Part shown: positions 29,865-37,905 of the stretch, piece after piece | Layout of the letters: the number at the start of each line of letters is the position of its first letter | How positions within the stretch are numbered: position 1 is the stretch's first letter | Origin: Candidatus Gottesmanbacteria bacterium | Lineage (GTDB): Bacteria > Patescibacteriota > Microgenomatia > 2-02-FULL-39-11 | DNA: 64,000 nucleotides | Assembly: GCA_016186795.1 (NCBI GenBank) | Contig: JACPKY010000002.1 | Coordinates: 604,771-668,770, forward strand | Direction of reading: 5' to 3' | Position numbers and translations under genes: made by a program | Notes under the pieces: generated by a model | Told to the model about the DNA's origin: nothing | What the model saw: only the letters and a program-made list of their open reading frames with translations | The model's database searches: none

Positions 29865-30380
29865 ATGGATAAATTAGTAACAATCTCCCAGATTTCTTTC
29901 AAAGATATTCCGCAACTGGTAAATATGCATCATGATCCTACGATGTACACCTATGATCCAGATACAGAAAAAGTTATTACTGAAGAAATTGCAGGGAAGT
30001 ACATCCGAAAAGCTCATAAAATTTGGCAAGAGGGTACTACGTATGTATTTTCAATTCATAATAAGGAAAACGAATTTGTTGGATTTATTACACTTCGTGA
30101 TGTTATCAAAAACTCGTATGCTAAAATAGGATTTGCTATTGCAAAAGAACAACGAAAAAAGGGGTATGTAACTGCGGCAATTGGCGAACTTATCAAATTT
30201 GCCACAGAAATTTTGAAACTCGATATTTTTGAAGCTTATGTAGCTGAAGAAAATATTGCTAGTTTAAAAGCTTTATCTAAAAACGGGTTTGTTACAATTG
30301 ATCCAGAAAATAGTGTCGGAAAATTTAAACCAAGAGAGAATTTCATTGTCCTCCAAAGGAAAAAGAAAAACCTCATATAG
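29865..30380 (+). CDS. GNAT acetyltransferase (RimJ/RimL-like)
   Basis: IGFAI...RKKGYVT, N.AS...L.KNGF. Confidence 0.8.
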   Translation: MDKLVTISQISFKDIPQLVNMHHDPTMYTYDPDTEKVITEEIAGKYIRKAHKIWQEGTTYVFSIHNKENEFVGFITLRDVIKNSYAKIGFAIAKEQRKKGYVTAAIGELIKFATEILKLDIFEAYVAEENIASLKALSKNGFVTIDPENSVGKFKPRENFIVLQRKKKNLI

Positions 30381-30393
30381 AAGAACGAAAATT

Positions 30394-30624
30394 ATGGCAA
30401 AGGTGTTTTTAGTAATTCTTACAGTCCCAATCATACTGTTTCTCAGTATTATTATACTTTGGATGAATATTACTCCCGGTTATTTTCAGTCGGTGTGTTG
30501 TAATGTACGGTATGTCTCTGATGATCTTCTGATTTTTTGCAAGCCGGAAATAAATGAATGCATGGAGCTTAATGCTGTAGACACAGGGAAATTATTCTTA
30601 GCTTACCTAGATTTTAATAGATGA
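30394..30624 (+). CDS. Small membrane-anchored Cys-containing hypothetical protein
   Basis: Start at MAKVFLV; TM followed by 4 Cys. Confidence 0.45.
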   Translation: MAKVFLVILTVPIILFLSIIILWMNITPGYFQSVCCNVRYVSDDLLIFCKPEINECMELNAVDTGKLFLAYLDFNR

Positions 30625-30648
30625 AAGTTAATACACTATCCTCTTTGA

Positions 30649-31392
30649 CTAGAGCAGTTTCATATTCTGTAAAATAGTCAACACGTCCTCTTTGGGGATT
30701 AATTTGTAATCGTACACGACGACTATATATCCTGTATTTGTATCGCCAATATAGTAGTCGAGGTCATTGTACGAAGAAAATATCGGGCTGTAACCATTCT
30801 TCTCGATTGTTTCCTTCTGTATACCATATACCCATCGAAAATAGTGAGGATATTTGATAAGAAAATATTTCTTCCCATCTGTGAAGGATAACTCAGACAT
30901 GAAAACATCTTTTTCTCTATCAAGCTTTTGACTTTTTTCAGTGGGCATTAATTCCGACTGTACCAGGTTTTTGACTATCTGATTGGTCTCCGGAGCGGTA
31001 AAGTTTTTTTTAAGAAAAATATCCCAAATGATAAGAACCGATTCGTCCCCCTTTCGTATTTCGATACCACCACTATCAACATTTTCTACTTCTAGAGATG
31101 GCGGGTGCCAAATCTCAAAATACGCCGGCGCACCGCCTCGGCTACCTTTGGTAACAAACCACCCTTTCTTAAGAGGATAGAAGAGATTACTCTGATCAAC
31201 ACGCTTGATAATTGTGTCATTCCCTTGAATGAGGACGCAGTTAGTATTTTTTCCACAGTCGTACTTTGGTAAAGACGATACTATTGTCTCACCACGTACT
31301 TTTAAGGCAACACCAATTCCAGTTAGAAGTGTTACGAGCATTAATAGAACAATCGTGAGACGTCGATTGATCTTTTTCTTCTTCTTTTTCAT
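30649..31392 (-). CDS. Hypothetical exported/membrane-anchored protein
   Basis: Poly-Lys N-terminus plus TM. Confidence 0.65.
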   Translation of the reverse strand: MKKKKKKINRRLTIVLLMLVTLLTGIGVALKVRGETIVSSLPKYDCGKNTNCVLIQGNDTIIKRVDQSNLFYPLKKGWFVTKGSRGGAPAYFEIWHPPSLEVENVDSGGIEIRKGDESVLIIWDIFLKKNFTAPETNQIVKNLVQSELMPTEKSQKLDREKDVFMSELSFTDGKKYFLIKYPHYFRWVYGIQKETIEKNGYSPIFSSYNDLDYYIGDTNTGYIVVVYDYKLIPKEDVLTILQNMKLL

Positions 31393-31483
31393 AAAGACAC
31401 TTTCATCATATCAAAATCAAGACATTAGTTTCCACTCGAATAGATTTTGGGATCGTAGAATATTTGCGGTTCGGGGTGGTATT

Positions 31484-31597
31484 TTACTTCTGGTTCAATT
31501 TATTTTTCTTGATCAATTTTCGCACGTATCCATGCGTCCTCTTTCGAATCCAGAATGGTCGCTTCTTCTTGGGAGTTCCGCGTATTTTTTTTGACAT
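31484..31597 (-). CDS. 37-aa highly basic peptide, missing from the ORF track
   Basis: MSKKIRGTPKKKRPFWIRKRTHGYVRKLIKKNKLNQK; starts 4 nt after the upstream stop. Confidence 0.55.
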   Translation of the reverse strand: MSKKIRGTPKKKRPFWIRKRTHGYVRKLIKKNKLNQK

Positions 31598-31601
31598 ACT
31601 G

Positions 31602-31844
31602 TTAGTGGACCTTTTTCCGAGGCCTTCTATTTCGTCTCAGATTTTCTCTTCGCTTGAGGGAGTTTGCCTGTATTGTCTCAATATAATCCTTCCTCTCTTT
31701 GAGTTTACTTTCTACAATTTTTTGGCAGTCAGCATCCGGACAAATGAGCATTGTATATGTAATTTTGGAGGTTCCTATCTTCTCTTTCCACGATGTTGAT
31801 CGTATCCGTTCTTTCCCACAGCGAATACAAGAAAATGTTTGCAT
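31602..31844 (-). CDS. Small zinc-ribbon protein with basic tail
   Basis: CIRC...CPDADC. Confidence 0.7.
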   Translation of the reverse strand: MQTFSCIRCGKERIRSTSWKEKIGTSKITYTMLICPDADCQKIVESKLKERKDYIETIQANSLKRRENLRRNRRPRKKVH

Positions 31845-31851
31845 AGATCTC

Positions 31852-32169
31852 TTAGAATCTGCGACCCCGATTGAACCGTGACCCTCTTCTGTCTATTTTT
31901 CCCCTGCCATTCGTATACGTTGATGTAGGGGTTGCTTCTTTTACAGTGATGACTCTTTCTTCGAAAGAGAATCCATTGAGTTTTTCAATTGCTTTTTGGG
32001 CATCCTCCTCGTTTGTCATTTCCACAAACCCAAATCCTCGGCTGGACCCAGTAAAATTATCCTTAATGATCGTTACTGTCAACACAGGCCCAACATCGAG
32101 AAATAACTTCCTTAAATTTTCTTCCTTTGTTGCAAATGATAATTTTGAGACAAAAAGGTTTTTGGCCAT
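31852..32169 (-). CDS. RRM (RNP-1) RNA-binding protein
   Basis: RNP2 LFVSKL, RNP1 RGFGFVEM. Confidence 0.9.
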   Translation of the reverse strand: MAKNLFVSKLSFATKEENLRKLFLDVGPVLTVTIIKDNFTGSSRGFGFVEMTNEEDAQKAIEKLNGFSFEERVITVKEATPTSTYTNGRGKIDRRGSRFNRGRRF

Positions 32170-32378
32170 ACTTGTAACGGAAAACCTGTTCAAATGAAAG
32201 GACTGAATTGGTAAGTATCTTTATCTGCCTTAGTAAAACTATGTCAGATTTAAACAGATTTATCAGTTTAATCTGTTAGAAGAAGTATACCACGAATTGC
32301 TGAAAGAAACAACCCTGAAATCAGGAAATTCTCAGTATTCTCCCTACGGATTTTCTTGAAAACAAGTATAATGCTGAT

Positions 32379-33323
32379 ATGTTTATTGATGAGGCCGATG
32401 TTACGTTTGTTGCTGGACATGGTGGAGCAGGGAAAGCATCATTTTATCCCGGTTACAAATCCGGCCCAGACGGGGGAGATGGGGGAAACGGAGGCAATAT
32501 CTATATCTGTGCAACCTCGGATTTAACTACACTCAACCAATTTTCAAGTGTGAAGATCAAAAAAGCTGAAGATGGGTACCCAGGCCAACGATATAGAAAA
32601 TCTGGTAAAAATGGAAATAATGCAACGATACTGTTGCCAATTGGCTGTGAACTAATTGACCAGGATACTAACGAAATCATAGAGGTAAACAATACTACTC
32701 ACCCTATCCTTTTGTGTATATGTAAAGGTGGACAAGGTGGAAGAGGAACGTATGCGCTTGCTAACCCTTCCAATACAACACCCATCCATGCCGAACCTGG
32801 GCAACCTGGGCAAAAAAGACGAATTCACATCGAGTTGAAACTCATCGCGGATTATGGACTCATTGGTCTTCCAAACGTAGGAAAAAGCAGCCTTCTTAAC
32901 CAACTTACAGCTGCAAAAGTCAGAGTAGCACAGTATCCTTTTACTACGGTGGAACCAAACCTCGGAGTGATGAATGGAAAAATTATCGCGGATATCCCTG
33001 GACTTCTAGAAGGAGCATCAAAAGGAAAAGGTCTTGGGATAAAATTTCTCAAACATATCGAAAAAGTACATATTCTTCTCCATTGTATTTCCGCAGAATC
33101 AGACGATGTTGTTGCCGATTATCAAATCGTACGAAATGAACTTCATTCTTTTAATCCGATGATGGATCAAAAGGAGGAAATTATTGTATTAACCAAATCC
33201 GATACAGTATCTGATACAGTAATAAAAGAAAAATCTAGCATACTTTCCAAATTTGGGGAAATACTTCCACTTTCTATTCATGATTTTGAAAAACTTCAAA
33301 AATTAAAAGAAGTATTACAGTAA
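32379..33323 (+). CDS. obgE: GTPase ObgE/CgtA
   Basis: Gly-rich Obg fold, GLPNVGKS, YPFTT, DIPG. Confidence 0.93.
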   Translation: MFIDEADVTFVAGHGGAGKASFYPGYKSGPDGGDGGNGGNIYICATSDLTTLNQFSSVKIKKAEDGYPGQRYRKSGKNGNNATILLPIGCELIDQDTNEIIEVNNTTHPILLCICKGGQGGRGTYALANPSNTTPIHAEPGQPGQKRRIHIELKLIADYGLIGLPNVGKSSLLNQLTAAKVRVAQYPFTTVEPNLGVMNGKIIADIPGLLEGASKGKGLGIKFLKHIEKVHILLHCISAESDDVVADYQIVRNELHSFNPMMDQKEEIIVLTKSDTVSDTVIKEKSSILSKFGEILPLSIHDFEKLQKLKEVLQ

Positions 33324-33326
33324 AAA

Positions 33327-33593
33327 TCAGAATAATTTTTTTTGTGCGTCTTTTGCTTCTATTTCCTCAATTGTTACGGGTACTTCAATAATTTTTTGTT
33401 TGGATGTTTCTCCGGACAAGATGAATATCTGAGATTGTGGCTTATTAAAATATTTTGAGAGAGATTGAATAATTGCGTTATTTGCTTTCCCAGAAACAGG
33501 AGGTTCTTTTACTGCTACGATAAAGTGGGTGGTATTCACTTTTTTGACATATGCTTTTTTATTTTTGGGTTTGGCGCGAATAAAGATTTTCAT
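33327..33593 (-). CDS. DUF167/YggU family protein
   Basis: PPVSGKAN, GETSKQK. Confidence 0.85.
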   Translation of the reverse strand: MKIFIRAKPKNKKAYVKKVNTTHFIVAVKEPPVSGKANNAIIQSLSKYFNKPQSQIFILSGETSKQKIIEVPVTIEEIEAKDAQKKLF

Positions 33594-33994
33594 TCGGAAA
33601 CTTCTTGTAACTGGTAATTATAATTGGGATTTATGATCCTTCGTATTTGTAGTTTGTGAGAATGAAAATCAACAACAAATGCGAGGGGCAAATTTTCTTT
33701 CAAAAGATACGCTGTCATCTGTTTATAAAACATTTTATGGTGGAGAAGATCTTTCCCTTTGGTATCCAAAAGTACTTTATCTTCAATAATAAAATCGATA
33801 ACGTGTCTATCAACGACTTTTCCTAAGTATTCAAGCTCAACTTCTTCATCGCAGCGGAAATGGAGCCCTTTTTGTGTTAGCTCATCTTTTATTGCTTCAC
33901 GGTACTGTTCATCATCAAGTGTTGGCCCACCCTCTTCGTGAATCCTAAAGCATATGCCAACAACCATGCGTACAAGAGTTGGTAAAAGAAGCAT
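33590..33994 (-). CDS. Divergent GxxExxY-family PD-(D/E)xK protein
   Basis: IHEEGGP...Y...EL, DFIIEDKVLLDTK, Q...YL. Confidence 0.7.
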   Translation of the reverse strand: MLLLPTLVRMVVGICFRIHEEGGPTLDDEQYREAIKDELTQKGLHFRCDEEVELEYLGKVVDRHVIDFIIEDKVLLDTKGKDLLHHKMFYKQMTAYLLKENLPLAFVVDFHSHKLQIRRIINPNYNYQLQEVSE

Positions 33995-34006
33995 AGAGAT
34001 TGTTAA

Positions 34007-34237
34007 TTACAGTGGATATCCCCCAGCGGGTTTCTTATCTTGCATCCACATGAATTTGTACATATCGCGTATCTCAATTGATGGATGGTCGTCAAATTGG
34101 TATTCCTTGTGGTCTTCGTTGTAATACTGAAGATGCTCTTTTATTCCATAGTAAAGAATTCTCGCAGCCTGAGATCTATTATTTGAATACGTATAGAAAA
34201 GTTTCCGGCAATACGAACAGCGATACATGTAGTACAT
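34007..34237 (-). CDS. Small Tyr-rich CxxC...H protein
   Basis: CSYC...EH...H; TATACT just upstream of the start. Confidence 0.6.
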   Translation of the reverse strand: MYYMYRCSYCRKLFYTYSNNRSQAARILYYGIKEHLQYYNEDHKEYQFDDHPSIEIRDMYKFMWMQDKKPAGGYPL

Positions 34238-34276
34238 ACTGAGGGTAGTATAGATGTTTTTGACCTAAAACCCAAA

Positions 34277-35812
34277 ATGATCTCTCATGATAAGATTGTA
34301 GTAATGGGAAATACAATGGATTCTCTTCCAATTTCTCCCGATGAAATTGCTCCTTCTCCGTGGGCGTTTTTTCCTCAACTCCGAGAAGGAGAAATTCATG
34401 AATTGAATGATCAAAGAATTCCAGATGATACACTGACTGCCCAATATGAATGGGGAACAATGAAACGGGTATTTTTTGCACCGGCTACTTTCCTCGGAAG
34501 AGATGCTGCCTTGAAAGTCTATCGAGACCCTTCAAAAGAAGACCAAGCTCTTGATTTTTCCAAAGAGGATATTCCAATAATTATCCATCCCAATGGATTG
34601 GCTACCGAGGAACCACCAATTGGAACAGTGGAGCTCTCGCAATTTAAACGTGAGGCTTATTTACGTGCCAAAAAAAATTTTGGAGATCGAGTTCCACCTA
34701 CTTCTTTCTTTCTGGCAAGGGACCATAAAAATATTCTACGAAATTGGGAAGCACAGGTATGGATACACGGTGACATTATTAGTCAATATGCTGGAATTAT
34801 TCCATTTCTTGAACATGGGGCGAATTCATTTGGAACAATTATCCAAGCAGCAGAAACGATGCTTGAAGAAACAGGATATTTACCAGATTTTCAAGGGAAT
34901 GTGCTGGATAACAGAAACATTATCTGCACGGAAGAAGGCGATTGTTTTCTTGTCGATACCGATGGACAACTGCAAATTGATCCAGATCTTTTCTCAAAAA
35001 TAAAACGTGCGGGAGAAAAAATTGTTACTGCTGGAAAACTCCATCCTGAGATAATAACCTGGATGGAAAAGTCAGATTCTGACCAGGCCTTTCGTTGTAA
35101 ACAACTTCTTCAAACCACAGTTAACTCAATTCAAGAAGCAAAACAATATCTTGTAAAAGCTTTGGAGACTCCTCAGCTTAATGAAGCAGCGCGTGATCAA
35201 CTCTTTGTTCAGCACTTAGAAATCATGCCGATGAGTGTTTTTGATAAAGTAAATGTGCTGTTGGTATACAAAGGACTGCGAACAGCTACTACCACAGAAT
35301 TATCATTTTTTGAATATGATGAGACATATGATGAAACGATGGGTGAACCCGATAGTCGGACAATGACTTTACGTCAAGCAGAAAAACTAGAGACTTTCTT
35401 CAAGGAGTTTTCTCTCCCATATGAACGACAAAAACTGTATGAAGATGAGGAAAACCTTGATCTCTTCCATATTGATTTTCTTATTGGAAAAGATGCTAAA
35501 TCACTTGCTCAAATGAAAAAAGCTGATGGAATGAATGTCTTTGATCCACATCTTGATGAAGAATATGGTATTGCTTTGGGATTTCCAGAAACAGCAGCTC
35601 GAGCTCACTCTAGAGGGCAAACTATCCCTTTAGACGAATTACCTCCTGAAATTGCACAAAGTGAAGTACACCATTTTGCTCAATTTGATATGTCAAGAGA
35701 TCACTGGAAAGAAGAGTTTAAGATAAAACAACTATGGGCGGATACAGTGAAAAGACTTGCCCCCAAAATTTATCAAAATCTACTTTCTTTGGAGCCATTA
35801 CCTGAAAAATAA
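34277..35812 (+). CDS. Two-domain hypothetical protein, N-terminal kinase-like motifs
   Basis: ALKVY, FKRE, LPD....NII, LVDTD. Confidence 0.55.
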   Translation: MISHDKIVVMGNTMDSLPISPDEIAPSPWAFFPQLREGEIHELNDQRIPDDTLTAQYEWGTMKRVFFAPATFLGRDAALKVYRDPSKEDQALDFSKEDIPIIIHPNGLATEEPPIGTVELSQFKREAYLRAKKNFGDRVPPTSFFLARDHKNILRNWEAQVWIHGDIISQYAGIIPFLEHGANSFGTIIQAAETMLEETGYLPDFQGNVLDNRNIICTEEGDCFLVDTDGQLQIDPDLFSKIKRAGEKIVTAGKLHPEIITWMEKSDSDQAFRCKQLLQTTVNSIQEAKQYLVKALETPQLNEAARDQLFVQHLEIMPMSVFDKVNVLLVYKGLRTATTTELSFFEYDETYDETMGEPDSRTMTLRQAEKLETFFKEFSLPYERQKLYEDEENLDLFHIDFLIGKDAKSLAQMKKADGMNVFDPHLDEEYGIALGFPETAARAHSRGQTIPLDELPPEIAQSEVHHFAQFDMSRDHWKEEFKIKQLWADTVKRLAPKIYQNLLSLEPLPEK

Positions 35813-35917
35813 CAAGTTACCTTTTCCAATTATTTCCCACGAAAAAGTAAAAGAGAGGATGTTTTCTACTCTTTACCAAAATTTGAAAACGTACATAGCC
35901 GCTATATACTATGAGTA

Positions 35918-36394
35918 ATGAAGCAATTTCCGAAGCTGCTGTTTGCCATTATTCTTTGTGAAAGCGTTGGAATTCTGGCTACTCCCATAACTATTTCTGC
36001 CATTGAAAATTGGTACAACACCCTCAATAAACCTTACTTTTCACCTCCCAACTGGGTATTTGGCCCGGTTTGGACGCTCTTGTATCTGATGATGGGAATT
36101 TCTCTCTACCTTGTTTGGATGAAAGGATGGAAAAAGAAAAAAGTACAAGTTGCTCTTGTTGTTTTTCTCATCCAGTTAGGAGCTAATTTCCTGTGGTCAC
36201 TCCTTTTCTTTGGACTTCATTCTCCTCTTTTGGGATTTATTGATATCATTTTCCTTTTACTTTCTCTGGGAGCCACCATCTACTATTTTTATTGCATTTC
36301 AAAAACCGCCGCGTATCTTCTCATTCCGTATTTTCTCTGGGTGAGTTTCGCATCGATTCTCAATCTCTCAGTTCTTCTTCTCAACTCATACTAA
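35918..36394 (+). CDS. tspO: TspO/MBR tryptophan-rich sensory protein
   Basis: WY..L.KP...PP.WVFGPVWT.LY, PY..WVSFA. Confidence 0.93.
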   Translation: MKQFPKLLFAIILCESVGILATPITISAIENWYNTLNKPYFSPPNWVFGPVWTLLYLMMGISLYLVWMKGWKKKKVQVALVVFLIQLGANFLWSLLFFGLHSPLLGFIDIIFLLLSLGATIYYFYCISKTAAYLLIPYFLWVSFASILNLSVLLLNSY

Positions 36395-36417
36395 CTGCCG
36401 TAAGATACATCTGCACC

Positions 36418-36464
36418 GAAAAAGAAGCCAAAGATGCGGGATTTGTGAAATCCAAAGATTGCGA
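36418..36464 (+). repeat. Gene 3'-end remnant, copy 1
   Basis: Reads ...CTEKEAKDAGFVKSKDCDE*; similar to 37132-37177. Confidence 0.7.
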
Positions 36465-36482
36465 CGAATAATATATTTACAC

Positions 36483-36515
36483 TTGACTATATAGTACTAT
36501 ATATAGTACTATATA
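36483..36515 (+). promoter_or_regulatory. hicAB promoter with 28-bp perfect palindrome (probable operator)
   Basis: TTGACT then TATATAGTACTATATATAGTACTATATA (36488-36515). Confidence 0.75.
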
Positions 36516-36524
36516 TTTAGTTGT

Positions 36525-36773
36525 ATGACGAAACGCCAGAAGAGATTGAAAAAGCTCTTTACGAATCCAAAGTCTGTCAGCTTTGAAGAGTTGAACCGGG
36601 TATTATTAGACTTGGGATTTACCAAAAGGCAGCCAAGGTCAGGAAGCAGCCATCATATATACACGAAAGGTGAGATACAAATTTCGGTGCCGTACAAACG
36701 TCCATACGTAAAGGAAATATATGTTAAACACGTTTTAGAAATTATTGGAGGAATATATGAAAAAAAATCTTAA
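36525..36773 (+). CDS. hicA: HicA toxin
   Basis: GF......GSSH, VP....VK..YVK. Confidence 0.88.
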   Translation: MTKRQKRLKKLFTNPKSVSFEELNRVLLDLGFTKRQPRSGSSHHIYTKGEIQISVPYKRPYVKEIYVKHVLEIIGGIYEKKS

Positions 36774-37104
36774 CTATTATCTTGGCCTTGATTATACTGT
36801 CAGACTGAAACAAAATGCTGACGGGACGTATTTTGCAGAAATTGAAGAACTCACCGGGTGCATATCCGAAGGAGATACGAAAGAAGAAGCCTTATCCATG
36901 ATCGAAGATGCAAAAAGAGCGTGGCTTGAAGTAGCATTGGAAAGAAAAACATACATCCCTGAGCCAACCACTGATGAATTCAGCGGTAAACTCAATATCC
37001 GTCTACCAAAATATATTCACCGAAAGTTATCGTATCGGGCAAGACAAGAAGGAATGAGTCTGAATAGTTTTATAAACTCTACTCTCTCTTCTGCAGTTAA
37101 ATAG
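36757..37104 (+). CDS. hicB: HicB antitoxin with C-terminal RHH
   Basis: ELTGC.SEGDT.EEA, FSGKLNIRLPK.IHRKL...A..EGMSLN; SD GGAGG. Confidence 0.9.
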   Translation: MKKNLNYYLGLDYTVRLKQNADGTYFAEIEELTGCISEGDTKEEALSMIEDAKRAWLEVALERKTYIPEPTTDEFSGKLNIRLPKYIHRKLSYRARQEGMSLNSFINSTLSSAVK

Positions 37105-37131
37105 AAAATCAATATCAGTAAACGTCAAAGT

Positions 37132-37177
37132 GAAAAAGAAGCAAGAGACGCGGATTTACAAAATCTAAAGATTGTGA
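37132..37177 (+). repeat. Gene 3'-end remnant, copy 2 (1-nt deletion)
   Basis: EKEARDA/GFTKSKDCEK*. Confidence 0.7.
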
Positions 37178-37249
37178 AAAGTAGATTCTTTTCAATTATT
37201 TTCCTAATAGTAAAAGTGTTTATACGCGACAAATTTTAAACTTAATATT

Positions 37250-37903
37250 CTAAGTGACCTGAAGATGTAAGCCCTTTGTTAGCTCACTTGAAGAAATTTT
37301 ATATTTACGAGAGAAATGAGAAAATTTCAATCCTTTTTGTAATAATTTGGATCTTTCTACAGCTTTTTTTAAATCAAGATAAAAAAGTCCTGGATGTAAT
37401 TTTATCCAAATATTTTTTGATTGTTTCGAGAAACTTAAATGATCTGATAATCTTTGTTTCTTAAAATAATCTAAGTTAAAACCATGTTCAGCACCTGTTA
37501 GAGATATTCCTAAATATTTTTTATTACTTAGTTCAACTGATATTTGTTGATATTGGTGTGCCTGGCCGTTCCTAATTAGGTCAAAAAGCATCGAAAGTAA
37601 TTCATCACCTATATTATTATTCAAAGAAGGCAAAGAAAAGTCTTTAGTTTTTATACTAAGTCCACTTATTCGTGTAAAATATTTTGGCTCTATTTTTGAT
37701 AATTCGCTGGCATACTCATGTAAGATAGTTTTATTATCTAGACACAATCTCGCTATAAACTCTAAAAGGATAGTAGCTAAAAGTGCAAACATAAAATTTC
37801 CCCTGTTGGTTGCATTTTGATTGTTCGCAATACAATTCCATGTTTGCTCAAAATCACCTGTAATAAAATTATATAACGTTTGTGGGGAAAGATTTGTATT
37901 CAT
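37250..37903 (-). CDS. AT-rich hypothetical protein with HEPN-like RxxxxH motif
   Basis: IRNGQAH; start at MNTNLS, 2 nt after the ilvD stop. Confidence 0.6.
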   Translation of the reverse strand: MNTNLSPQTLYNFITGDFEQTWNCIANNQNATNRGNFMFALLATILLEFIARLCLDNKTILHEYASELSKIEPKYFTRISGLSIKTKDFSLPSLNNNIGDELLSMLFDLIRNGQAHQYQQISVELSNKKYLGISLTGAEHGFNLDYFKKQRLSDHLSFSKQSKNIWIKLHPGLFYLDLKKAVERSKLLQKGLKFSHFSRKYKISSSELTKGLHLQVT

Positions 37904-37905
37904 TT

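Noticed and set aside
32245-32277. CAGATTTA repeat and hairpin upstream of the RRM gene
   Set aside because: Short and AT-rich; it could be a UTR element but cannot be separated from chance
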